Shown here: piece by piece, positions 30,246-39,439 of the stretch
Position numbering within the stretch: the stretch's first letter is position 1
Layout of the letters: each line of letters begins with the position of its first letter
Source of the DNA: Dehalococcoidia bacterium
GTDB lineage: Bacteria > Chloroflexota > Dehalococcoidia > UBA2979
Assembly: GCA_963692775.1 (NCBI GenBank)
Contig: OY839116.1
Coordinates: forward strand, 3,016,161-3,080,160
Length of the DNA: 64,000 bases
Direction: 5' to 3'
Notes under the pieces: model-generated
The model's input: only the letters and a program-made list of their open reading frames with translations
Database searches by the model: none
Told to the model about the DNA's origin: nothing
Translations under genes and position numbers: made by a program

Positions 30246-32200
30246 TCAGGCGGTCCGCACGCCCTGAACGCCGCCTCGCTGAACGGGTCCACCAGGTGCA
30301 AGTTGTTTTCGATGAGACACGAATCCCGTGCGCCCAAGTACTTGTTCTGCGCGCTCCTGATGACCTGGCCGGGGCCGTTCTCGAGGAACAGGATCCCCGC
30401 TTCCAGCATGCGGCTGGCAATCTCGATGCCCTCTCCGGCGAAGAGCGCCCAGCCGATTACGTTGCTGGCGCCTCCCGCAACCTTCACGCCCCTGATGACC
30501 CATTTGGCTGCGTGGCGATATCTGCCGTTGATTGCCAGATGCTGGACCGCGCGGATCTCTATCTTTTCGAGACCTTCCTTCTCGGCGTACTTTCTAATGC
30601 TATCGCTGCGCAACTGCGGATAGTTCGAGAATTGATCGTACGCCAGGACGGACAGGTCCACGAACCCGCGGAGCATGTCGGCCTGGAATTCATTCCAGTA
30701 GTTCCGGGTGTCTGCGGGTTCTTCCTCGGACCACGGGTTGTTCCTGAGGTCCACCGCGATCGTGGCTTCCGCGTTTTCGGCAAACCCATTGTCCAGCAAG
30801 AACTTCGCGCCACTGGTCAACTCGTTGCCGGACAGGTTCAGGACGGCCAGATTCGGGAGGTCGTTCAGCGCCTCCGGAATCGACCCGCTCAGGCCGTGCC
30901 GGCAGATCAGCGTGCAGCCGCGATCACGCTTGTTCCAGGACAGATCCAGCTCGACCAGGTTTTGCAGGTTCTCCCAGTCGATGCCGCGGTCGTGGCCCGG
31001 GTTCTGCTCCTCGATGTCCCCCCGGAACATGTTGCCGGAGAGGTTCAGGTGGGTAAGCGCGGTGAGCTGGTCCAGTTCGGGTGGCAGGGCCCCGCCGAGG
31101 TTGTTGCCGGAGAGGTCCAGGTGGGTGAGGGCGGTCAGGTCGCCCAGCATGTCCAGCCTGTTGTGCCCTCCGAAGAACCCGCCGCTGTCGTTGTCCAGGC
31201 TGACGCCCGGCAGCTCGAGCCCGATGACGCGTCCGCTCTCTTCGTCGACGGTCACCCCATACCAGTCCGCGACATCCCGGTCCTCACTCCACCTCACTCT
31301 ATAGCGGTTGAACTCATCGTCCAGATTCCACCACTCCCACGAATCGCCGTGGGTAGCGTCGTAGAAGCGAATGAGTGCGTCCCGGTCGCTTTCCGCCGAA
31401 CCCGGCGGCCCGGGGGGCTCCGGGTCCGGCGTGGATGTCGGCGTGGATGTCGGCGTGGACGTCGGCGTGGATGTCGGCGTGGATGTCGGCGTGGACGTCG
31501 GCGTGGACGTCGGCGTGGACGTCGGCGTGGACGTCGGCGTGGATGTTGGGGTGGCCGTCGGCGTGGATGTTGGGGTGGCCGTCGGCGTGGATGTTGGCGT
31601 GGATGTTGGCGTGGCCGTTGGCGTGGCCGTTGGCGTGGCCGTGGCCGTTGGCGTTGCTACCGCCGTGAGCGTGGGCGGGCAGGCTTGGTCCCACATCTCA
31701 TCCACCCGCTCCTCCGCAGCCTCGACGGCCGAAGCAGCCCGCAGGAGGGGATCCGAAGCCTCCAGGTTCGCCAGGGAGCGGAGGGCGACACGCGCGAACT
31801 CCCGTACCGCTTCCGCCGAGGCGACAACGGCTCTGTGCAGGGCCTCCAGCCCGTCGGGGACCCGCAGGCCCCGGAGCCGGGTGATGAGATCGCCGAGACG
31901 CGAGACGTGTGCGCTGTGGGGTCCCTCATCGATGATTTCGTCCAGAATGTCTTCTATCTCGTCCGCGAACGGCTCCAGGCTTTCCTCGTAGGCTGCGCAT
32001 GTGGCGGCCGTGGGCCCTCCACGCGCGGCCGCCGCGTCTCCGGTTTGGCCGGCCGTCTGCCCGCGATCCCGCGATTCCCACGGGTTCTCGCCGGATCCTG
32101 AGCCGCCATCGCAGGCGGCCGCCAGCGTGAGAAGCAGGCAGGCCTGAATCAGCGCCAACACGAACGCGTCGCGGAACAGCCGCCTGGGGAACGGAATCAT
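30242..32200 (-). CDS. lipoprotein with PT-repeat linker, leucine-rich repeats and a low-GC C-terminal domain of unknown function
   Basis: LAAAC lipobox; about 90 aa of (T/S/A)PT repeats; LRRs of the form LTALTHLDLSGNNLGGALPPELDQLTALTHLNLSGN. The last ~170 aa lie in ~55% GC DNA. Confidence 0.75.
   Translation of the reverse strand: MIPFPRRLFRDAFVLALIQACLLLTLAAACDGGSGSGENPWESRDRGQTAGQTGDAAAARGGPTAATCAAYEESLEPFADEIEDILDEIIDEGPHSAHVSRLGDLITRLRGLRVPDGLEALHRAVVASAEAVREFARVALRSLANLEASDPLLRAASAVEAAEERVDEMWDQACPPTLTAVATPTATATPTATPTATPTSTPTSTPTATPTSTPTATPTSTPTSTPTSTPTSTPTSTPTSTPTSTPTSTPTSTPTSTPDPEPPGPPGSAESDRDALIRFYDATHGDSWEWWNLDDEFNRYRVRWSEDRDVADWYGVTVDEESGRVIGLELPGVSLDNDSGGFFGGHNRLDMLGDLTALTHLDLSGNNLGGALPPELDQLTALTHLNLSGNMFRGDIEEQNPGHDRGIDWENLQNLVELDLSWNKRDRGCTLICRHGLSGSIPEALNDLPNLAVLNLSGNELTSGAKFLLDNGFAENAEATIAVDLRNNPWSEEEPADTRNYWNEFQADMLRGFVDLSVLAYDQFSNYPQLRSDSIRKYAEKEGLEKIEIRAVQHLAINGRYRHAAKWVIRGVKVAGGASNVIGWALFAGEGIEIASRMLEAGILFLENGPGQVIRSAQNKYLGARDSCLIENNLHLVDPFSEAAFRACGPPD
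31395..31680. repeat. tandem 12-bp repeat (~24 units) encoding the PT linker
   Basis: gtcggcgtggatgtcggcgtggac... units. The antisense listed ORF 31314..31694 shows HADV/HADI repeats. Confidence 0.85.
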
Positions 32201-32458
32201 GCTTTGGGAACTCCTCTAAGGGACATCATAGAGGCCGCGTTAAACCCGCAGACCCGCCGTCGCATAAGTCTTGCTAATGGACCAATGACAGTTTCATAGG
32301 ATGACTGTTACGAAATAACTCCCGGCGGACGTTCGACGACAGTCCTATGGGAGACCATTACGCAAAAGGAGTATGGCAAGCTTCTACATCGGGGGAGCGG
32401 ACGCCGCAAGGGTCACCCCGAAAACGCGGAGTGATGACTCTCACTCGCCGCCGGGCGG

Positions 32459-33523
32459 CTAGCCGGAGGGCCAGCCGGCGGCGGGCTTGCCCTCGGCCAG
32501 CGCCTCGCGGATCGCCTCGGCGGCTTCGGGGGTGACCCAGGCGGTCCAGATCCGCTCGTTGCTGCTCAGCCACCAGCGGGCGGCGTCCTCGGGGCTCGCG
32601 TCGCGCTCGAAGCTCCAGACGGCGAGCGCGCGGTAGACGTCGACGTTGAAGTCCCAGGCGCGCAGCATCGCGACCACGTCCGGCGCCTCGGTCAGCAGCG
32701 AGGGGTGAACCGCGATCAGGATCGTGGTCAACTCGTAGCCGCAGGCCTTCGTGCTGAACCAGCACTCGTCGCTGTACGGCGGCTCATCGAGCCGCACGAG
32801 GTCGAGCACGAGCGCCGGGTCCGCCGTGCCGTCCTGGTAGCCGAGCCACGGCTCGCCCTTCTCGTAGGAGCCGTAGAGGTCGGCGTTGAGCGCGGCGGCA
32901 TCGCCGGGGGCGACGATCGCGATGTGCCCGGAGAGGCCGTAGCCGGCGATCTGGGCGGCGTTGACCTCCTCGCAGGCCCAGCCGATCACGCACGTCACGA
33001 GGCGCGCCTTGCCGCCCGTCTCGGTCGTCGCGAAGAGCGCCCGGAAGCGCTCCTCCTTGAGGTCCTCGACGCTGTCGAGGTCCGGGTGCTGCTCCTGCAG
33101 GTAGCGGGGGATGACGAAGGCCGATTGCCAGTTGCGGCTCAGGCTCTCGCCGACGGAGACGACCTCGCCGAGCGCCTGGGCCTCGTCCCAGGCCTCGATC
33201 TGGTTGGGCAGCCAGATCTCCATGGTGATGTGGCTGTCGCCGCGCCGCAGCCCCTGCAGCAGCGGCAGCGTGTGGCCGAACACCAGCTCCGTCGGGTAGC
33301 CGTAGCCGTGCTCGACGATGTACTGGGCGATGCGGTTCTGGACCTGCGAGCTGGTCCAGGTGAGGTCGTTGAAGACCAGCGTCGGCTTGTCCTCGTCCCC
33401 CGAGCCTGCGCAGCCCGCGGCCAGCAGCGGGACCGCGATCAGCGCCGCGACCAGCGCGCCGGGGAAGGCCGCCCGCGCGCGCCCGTTCGCCGTCCGGACA
33501 GGCTTCATCCGCGTGATGGCCAT
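32459..33523 (-). CDS. glycine betaine/proline ABC transporter substrate-binding lipoprotein (ProX/OpuAC-like)
   Basis: Lipoprotein signal LLAAGC. The listed ORF start is trimmed to MAITRMKPV. Confidence 0.7.
   Translation of the reverse strand: MAITRMKPVRTANGRARAAFPGALVAALIAVPLLAAGCAGSGDEDKPTLVFNDLTWTSSQVQNRIAQYIVEHGYGYPTELVFGHTLPLLQGLRRGDSHITMEIWLPNQIEAWDEAQALGEVVSVGESLSRNWQSAFVIPRYLQEQHPDLDSVEDLKEERFRALFATTETGGKARLVTCVIGWACEEVNAAQIAGYGLSGHIAIVAPGDAAALNADLYGSYEKGEPWLGYQDGTADPALVLDLVRLDEPPYSDECWFSTKACGYELTTILIAVHPSLLTEAPDVVAMLRAWDFNVDVYRALAVWSFERDASPEDAARWWLSSNERIWTAWVTPEAAEAIREALAEGKPAAGWPSG
33043..33287. repeat. direct repeat copy B (inside the intact ProX-like gene)
   Basis: See copy A. 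Confidence 0.8.
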
Positions 33524-33641
33524 CCCGCGCTCCCGTCGCCGCCGCGCCCGTGCGCCGGGTATGGTACACGCGCGCGCCGCGGCGGACGCCTCCGCCGCGC
33601 GGGATCGCGGGCCGCGGAGCGGCCCGGAGGGAGGCAGCGCG

Positions 33642-34118
33642 ATGAGTGAGACGCGGGCCGTCCTCGGCAGCCGGGTGATGACGCAGGTCGCCTTCGTCGT
33701 CCCCGACATCGAGGCCGCCGTCGCGACGTACGCGGAGCTGCTGGGCATGGAACCGGCCGAGATCTACGTACCCCCGCTGCGCGAGGGCCGCGAGTACCGG
33801 GGCAAGCCGCTCCCACCCGAGGTCAACCTCAAGGTCGCGATGATCGAGCTGGACAACATCGTCCTCGAACTGATCGAGCCGATCGGCGGGCCGAGCGTCT
33901 GGAAGGACGTCCTCGACGAACAGGGCGGCGGCCCCGTCTTCCATCACGTCGCCTTCGAGGTCGACGACGGCGCGGCGGTCACCGACGACCTCGAGGGCCG
34001 TGGGTACCCCGCGCTGCACTCGCAGATCCGCGCCAACGGCGGGCGCATGGCCTACGTCGACGCGCGAGCGGAGTTGGGCACGCTGATCGAGGTGCTCGGC
34101 GGCGAGCCCGCGGGCTAG
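33642..34118 (+). CDS. VOC/glyoxalase-family protein
   Basis: Start refined to MSETRAVLG with a GGAGGGAGG RBS. HHVAFEVDD motif. Confidence 0.7.
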   Translation: MSETRAVLGSRVMTQVAFVVPDIEAAVATYAELLGMEPAEIYVPPLREGREYRGKPLPPEVNLKVAMIELDNIVLELIEPIGGPSVWKDVLDEQGGGPVFHHVAFEVDDGAAVTDDLEGRGYPALHSQIRANGGRMAYVDARAELGTLIEVLGGEPAG

Positions 34119-34120
34119 CG

Positions 34121-34963
34121 ATGACTGCCGACGGCGCCGGGCAGCTCGCCGGCCGCGTCGCGGTCATCACCGGGGCGGCGCGCGGCATCGGCTACGCGAT
34201 CGCCGCACGGCTGGGCAGCGAGGGCATGCGCGTCGTCATCGCCGACATCGACGGCGCGAAGCTCGCGCAGGCGGAGCGCGACCTGCACGCGGAGGGCGTC
34301 GAGGCGGTCGCCGTCCCGGTGGACGTGAGCGACTTCGCGGACATCGACCGGCTGCCGCGCGTGGCGCTCTCGGCCTTCGGCGCGATCGACGTGGTTTGCC
34401 TCAACGCCGGGGTGAACGCCGCGCACATCCCGAGCTGGGAGATCGGCCTCGACGACTGGGACTGGATCATCGGGCCGAACGTCTGGGGCGTGCTCAACGG
34501 CATCCAGGCCTTCGTGCCGCGTATGCTCGCGCTGGAGCGCGCGGGCGCCGAGGGCGGCCACATCGTGATCACTGCCTCGAACGGCGCGCTCGCCAGTCGC
34601 GCCGCGAGCGGGCCGTACCCGGTGACGAAGCGGCTCGTGCTCTCGGCCGCCCAGTCCCTCCATCACGACCTCAAGGCGGCGGGGTCCGAGCTGCGCGCCT
34701 CGGTGCTGCTGCCCGGCGCGATCCGCACGCACGAGGCGATGGCCCGCCGCGGCGAGCCGCGCGTCGCGCGGACGGACGACCAGCAGGACGCCGAGCAGCG
34801 CCGCATGCCGCCGGAGCAGGTCGCCGAGATCGTGCTCGGCGCAATCCTCGAGCCGCGCTTCTACATCCTCACCCACCCCGAGCGCTCGCACGCCCTCGTC
34901 CGCGCCCGCACCGGGTACATCCTCGAGGACCGCGACCCCGACTTCGGCGACCTCACGCCGTAG
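34121..34963 (+). CDS. SDR-family oxidoreductase
   Basis: VAVITGAARGIGYAIA Rossmann motif and NAG motif. Confidence 0.8.
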   Translation: MTADGAGQLAGRVAVITGAARGIGYAIAARLGSEGMRVVIADIDGAKLAQAERDLHAEGVEAVAVPVDVSDFADIDRLPRVALSAFGAIDVVCLNAGVNAAHIPSWEIGLDDWDWIIGPNVWGVLNGIQAFVPRMLALERAGAEGGHIVITASNGALASRAASGPYPVTKRLVLSAAQSLHHDLKAAGSELRASVLLPGAIRTHEAMARRGEPRVARTDDQQDAEQRRMPPEQVAEIVLGAILEPRFYILTHPERSHALVRARTGYILEDRDPDFGDLTP

Positions 34964-35024
34964 CAGCGCTTGGCCGCTCCGCCCGCCCCCCTGCTCCACG
35001 CCCTGCGCGTGCGAACATGGAGGC

Positions 35025-36287
35025 ATGAGCGAGACACCTCCGACGGTGATGATCGAGGACGTGCACGCGGCGCGGGAGCGCATCGCGGGGGCGGTGCGCG
35101 TGACGCCGCTCTGGCCGATCGGGTCGCTGTCCGCGATCGCGGGCGTGCCCGTGCTGCTCAAGTGCGAGCAGTTGCAGCGCGGTGGCTCCTTCAAGTTCCG
35201 CGGCGCCTCGAACATGCTCGCGGCCCTCGAGGAGCGGCCGGACGGCGTGGTCGCGGCCAGCGCGGGCAATCACGCGCAGGGCGTCGCGCTCGCCGCCGCG
35301 GAGCGCGGCATCCCCTCGACCGTGGTGATGCCGGCCAACGCGCCGCTCGCCAAGCAGGCCGCGACGCGCGCCTACGGCGCGGAGGTGGTGCTGCTCGACG
35401 GCGGGCTCGAGGCCTGCATCGCGCGCGCCCGCGAGCTCGCCGCCGAGTTCGGGCTGCTCTTCGTGCCGCCCTTCGACAACCCGGCGGTCGTCGCCGGGCA
35501 GGGCACGCTTGGCCTCGAGGTGCTCGAACAGGCGCCCGAGGCGGAGACGGTGCTCGTGCCGGCGGGCGGCGGCGGGCTGCTGGCCGGGGTCGCGCTCGCC
35601 ATCAAGTCGCTGCGGCCCGAGGTGCGCGTCATCGGTGTGCAGGCGCAGGCGATGCCGGGCATCGCCGCCTCGCTCGACGCGGGCTCGCCGCTGGCCGTGC
35701 CGCTCGTGCAGACCCTCGCCGACGGCGCGGCCGTCGCCGGCCCCTCGGATCTCACGTTCGAGCTGATCCGGCGCCATGTCGACGAGGTGGTCACGGTCGC
35801 CGAGCCGGACATCGAGCACGCGATGGTGCTGCTGATCGAGCGCGCCAAGTTCGTTGTCGAGGGCGCCGGAGCGCTCGGCGTCGCGGCCTTGCTCGCGGGC
35901 GCGGTCGAGTTGGGCGGGCCGGTGGCGGTGGTGCTGTCCGGCGGCAACGCCGACATCAACCTGCTCGGCCGCATCGTCGAGCGCGGCCTGACGGGCGCGG
36001 GGCGGCGTCGGCTGGTGACGTTCGCCGCCGCGCACGCGCCGGGCGAGCTGGCGCGGATCAGCGCGATCATCGCGGGCTCGCGCGCCAACGTGATCCAGGT
36101 CGAGCACCGGCTGACCGGCGACAACCAGCCGATCGGCGTCGTGCTGATCACCTTCCACCTCGATGTCGCGGGCGAAGAGGGCTTCGAGGAGCTGAGCGCC
36201 GCGCTGCAGGAGGCCGGGATGCGGGCCGGCGCCCCCGGCAGCGGCGCCGACTTCGTGACACCGAACGCGCAGGCGCTGCCCTGGTAG
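35025..36287 (+). CDS. ilvA: threonine ammonia-lyase (PLP-dependent, one C-terminal ACT-like domain)
   Basis: SFKFRGA around the PLP lysine. 420 aa, like short-form IlvA. Confidence 0.75.
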   Translation: MSETPPTVMIEDVHAARERIAGAVRVTPLWPIGSLSAIAGVPVLLKCEQLQRGGSFKFRGASNMLAALEERPDGVVAASAGNHAQGVALAAAERGIPSTVVMPANAPLAKQAATRAYGAEVVLLDGGLEACIARARELAAEFGLLFVPPFDNPAVVAGQGTLGLEVLEQAPEAETVLVPAGGGGLLAGVALAIKSLRPEVRVIGVQAQAMPGIAASLDAGSPLAVPLVQTLADGAAVAGPSDLTFELIRRHVDEVVTVAEPDIEHAMVLLIERAKFVVEGAGALGVAALLAGAVELGGPVAVVLSGGNADINLLGRIVERGLTGAGRRRLVTFAAAHAPGELARISAIIAGSRANVIQVEHRLTGDNQPIGVVLITFHLDVAGEEGFEELSAALQEAGMRAGAPGSGADFVTPNAQALPW

Positions 36288-36309
36288 TCAGTTTCCTCGG
36301 AACGGGAGC

Positions 36310-37347
36310 TCAGCCCAGCGTGATCTCGTCGATCTCCGCCAGCTCGGCGGCGTCGAGGCGCCAGTCCGAGGCGGCGATGTTCTGGTCGATCTGCGCCGGC
36401 CGGCTCGCGCCCGCGATGATGCTGCCGATGTGCGGCTGCGAGGCGAGCCAGCCAATCGCCAGATCGACGAGCGGGCGCCCTCGCTCGCTCGCGAACGCAT
36501 CGAGGCGTTCGAGCCGGTCCCAGGCGTCGTCGGAGACGAAGCGGCTCGGCAGGTGCGGCGACATCTCGAAGCGCGTGCCCTCGGGCGCGGCCTCGCCGCG
36601 GCGGTACTTGCCGGTGAGGAAGCCGCTCGCGAGCGGGAAGTAGGGCAGCACGCTCACGCCGGCCGCGTTGCAGGCGGGCACGAGGTCCGCCTCGATGCGG
36701 CGGTCCAGCATGTGATACTCGGCCTGCGTCGAGATGAACGGCGTGATGTGCGCCGAACCGGCGATGCCGGCCGCCTCGGCGACCCGCCAGCCCTCGAAGT
36801 TCGAGCAGCCGATGTAGCGCACCTTGCCGTCGCGCACGAGATCGTCGAGGGCGCGCAGCGTCTCGTCGAGCGGCGTCGCCGGGTCCGGCCCATGCAGCTG
36901 GTAGAGGTCGATGTAGTCCGTGCCCAGCCGCCGCAGCGAGCCTTCGAGGGCGTGAATGATGTGCCGCCGCGAGCCGCCCTGGCGCAGCAATCGCGGGGCG
37001 ACGTTCGCGGCCTCGCCCGCGTCGTGCCCGGCGCGCTCGAGGACGCCCGCGCGGTAGAGCGCCGCGCCCTCGCCGGTCGGGCGCGAGAACTTGGTGGCGA
37101 TGATCGCCTCGTGGCGGCGGCCGCGCAGCACCTCGCCGAGGTACTCCTCGGAGCGTCCGGGCGGCCCCTCGCCGCCCGCGGGCGAGGGGTAGACGTCCGA
37201 GGTGTCGAAGAGGTTCACGCCGGCGTCGAGCGCGTGCGTGATCACCTCGCGCGAGCGTTCGAGATCCCAGCGTCCGCCGAAGTCGTTGCAGCCCAGCCCG
37301 ACGATCGAGACCTTGAGGCCGGAGCGGCCGAGCCTGCGGTACTCCAT
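36310..37347 (-). CDS. aldo/keto reductase
   Basis: MEYRRLGRSGLKVSIVGLGCNDFG N-terminus. Start trimmed from the listed ORF; GGAGG RBS. Confidence 0.8.
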   Translation of the reverse strand: MEYRRLGRSGLKVSIVGLGCNDFGGRWDLERSREVITHALDAGVNLFDTSDVYPSPAGGEGPPGRSEEYLGEVLRGRRHEAIIATKFSRPTGEGAALYRAGVLERAGHDAGEAANVAPRLLRQGGSRRHIIHALEGSLRRLGTDYIDLYQLHGPDPATPLDETLRALDDLVRDGKVRYIGCSNFEGWRVAEAAGIAGSAHITPFISTQAEYHMLDRRIEADLVPACNAAGVSVLPYFPLASGFLTGKYRRGEAAPEGTRFEMSPHLPSRFVSDDAWDRLERLDAFASERGRPLVDLAIGWLASQPHIGSIIAGASRPAQIDQNIAASDWRLDAAELAEIDEITLG

Positions 37348-37360
37348 CGCGCCTCCGCGC

Positions 37361-39031
37361 TCAGCGCCGCGCCGCGATCGGCACGGTGACCGGGCGGCTG
37401 AGGCGGCCCCAGGACGGGAACCACGCCGAGTGCTTCCCCGCGCCGCCCGCGACCACGACCTGGATGTCCTCGGGCGCCTCCGCGATCGGCAGTAGCACAT
37501 CGTCGTCGAAGCGCTCCTGCGCGCTCTCCGGCACGTCGCCCTCGGGGACACGTCGCACGGCGATGGCGCGCCGCAGCTCCGGCGAGAGCTGCCCGGCCGG
37601 GTAGCGCGCGTGCTCGAACAGCCACTCGCGGATGCTCGCGCGCGTCCAGCCGTCGCTGGCGAGGAGCGCCGCGTGCTCCGGGCAGAGCGCAAGCAGCGGG
37701 TTGCCGCGGTTGAGGATGTTGTTGCTGCCGGGCTGGCTCATCGCCCCGGCGATCGTGCGCAGCAGGCCCTCGCCGGTGTTGCTGTCGCCGTCGCGGATGT
37801 TGTGCGGGCCCTCGCTGCCGAAGACCGTGACCGCGCTCTCGGCCGCCTCGAGGCCGCGCGCGACGTGGAAGGGCTCCCACGGGTTCGCCTCGGCGTTCTC
37901 GGCGAAGCAGGAGGCGAACTTGGCCGGCGTGCCCTGCGTCGCCTGGTCGCCGCGCCCCGGCTGCGCGCCGCCGATGTTGAGCAGCACGAGGCGGACCGCG
38001 CGGCCGATCGAGGCGTTCGCCGGGAAGGCCGGCCCGAAGCAGCCGCTGCCCGAGTGGATGCCAAGCTCCTCCGCGATCGGTCCGCTGACCACGATCGTCT
38101 CGGCCACAGGGTGCGTCGTCGCGTTCATCCCGGCGACGTTGTGCGACTCGTCGAGGATCGCCCGCACCGCCGCCAGCACGACGGGGAAGGCGCGCGGCTC
38201 GCAGCCGGCCATCGCCGCGTTCGCGGCGACGCCCTCGACGGTCACGAGGCCGTGACCCGGCGGCAGCACGCCCAGCACGTCGAGGGCGTCCCGGTCGCCG
38301 CACGCGATCAGCGCCTCCACCAGCCCCGGCGTCGGCGGGATGATCGGCAGGCCGTCCGACCAGCCCCGGGCGAGCGCCGCCTCGTGCAGCTCGCGCGGGT
38401 CCGAGGGCAGCGCGAGCCGCTCGGCGGGCTCGCCGCGGGAGGCCTCTCCTCGGGCGAGCGGAGCGGCCGGTGCGACGCCCTCGTTGGCCGCGCCGTCGCC
38501 GTTGGTCGCCGTCAGCAGGCGCTCGACCTCGGGCGTGGCGGGCGTGGCGAGGCCGCCGACGGCGGAGGGCGGGATGCCGCCGAGCGGGTGCGGCACGGTG
38601 ACGTAGGGCAGGGCGGGCAGGCCGCGCCGCTCGGCCTCGTACTCGATCAGGCCGCTGAAGGCGTCGGTGCCGATCGTGACGGTCGGGACTCCGCGGGCTT
38701 CGAGGGCGATCGAGGCGTGGACACTCCACGTCGTGCAACTGCCTCAGTCGCAGCTCCCGACGAGCACGAAGTCCGCCTCCTGCGAGAACGCCTCCAGCAC
38801 GGAGCCGGGCGCGGGCGCCGAGGCGTTCTTCGACCTCAGCGCCGTCGGCCCGAGGTCGTGCCGCTCGCGCAGGCCCTCGACGAGCCGTTCGAGCAGCAAC
38901 TTGGCGTTCGCCTTGCGGTTCTCGAGGATGCCGGGCCGCAGCCCGTCGAGGCTAGCGGGCCGCGGCGCGAGGGGGATGGCGGCCTGGTGCAGTCGCCCGC
39001 GCGGGTTGAGTACCTCGATCGTCCCGGCCAT
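37361..39031 (-). CDS. candidate selenoprotein of the UGSC-motif type, fused to an unassigned ~400-aa C-terminal domain. The in-frame TGA at 38744..38746 is read as Sec.
   Basis: Listed ORFs 38744..39100 and 37361..38596 are one frame interrupted only by TGA. The sequence reads ...VLVGSCD-[TGA]-GSCTTW..., i.e. a U-G-S-C motif. Strong RBS GAGGAGGG before MAGTIEVL. There is a hairpin about 15 nt 3' of the TGA. Confidence 0.5.
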
Positions 39032-39136
39032 CTCACCCTCCTCTCGCGTTCGTGCGGATGCTACACCGCGGGGGAAAGGGCGACCGGCCTGTAGTAGCAC
39101 TTTGCGCTAATAGTGTGATGTACTATTATTTGCCAA

Positions 39137-39418
39137 GTGATCAGGAGCTACCGGGACAGGGATACCCGGGCGGTCGCCGAAAGGCGACACGTCAGGAAGT
39201 TCCCGCAGGACATCCAGCGCCGCGCGCAGCGTAAGCTCCTGATCCTGAACAACGCGGTGGACTTGAACGACCTCAGGGTGCCCCCGGGGAACCGGTTGGA
39301 AGCCCTGTCAGGAGATCGAGACGGGCAATACAGCATCCGCATCAACAGTCAGTGGCGGATCTGTTTCGTATGGAGCGACGGGAACGCTTGGCAGGTCGAA
39401 ATCGTGGACTACCACTGA
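39137..39418 (+). CDS. higB: HigB-like toxin (RelE/ParE superfamily)
   Basis: IRSYRDRDTRAVAERRHVRKFPQDIQRRA... is HigB-like. GTG start. Low-GC islet. Confidence 0.75.
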   Translation: MIRSYRDRDTRAVAERRHVRKFPQDIQRRAQRKLLILNNAVDLNDLRVPPGNRLEALSGDRDGQYSIRINSQWRICFVWSDGNAWQVEIVDYH

Positions 39419-39439
39419 GCGGCCGAGGGAGAGATCGCC

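Noticed and set aside
31395-31680. Possible CRISPR array
   Set aside because: The units are 12 bp and contiguous, with no spacers, and the array is coding (PT linker). No cas genes are present in the window.
31314-31694. HADVHADIHAD... repeat protein
   Set aside because: It is the antisense reading of the 12-bp PT tandem repeat inside the LRR lipoprotein gene.
37242-38738. 498-aa Arg-rich ORF and the other large overlapping ORFs in 36.3-39.1 kb
   Set aside because: These are alternative frames of the aldo/keto reductase and the candidate selenoprotein gene, with extreme Arg/Pro content.
38744-38746. TGA in the UGSC gene as an ordinary stop separating two genes
   Set aside because: The downstream frame continues the motif directly (GSC) with no RBS or ATG for a separate gene; the next listed start is a GTG 148 nt downstream within a continuous domain. 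Read-through as Sec is therefore more parsimonious, though this is unproven.
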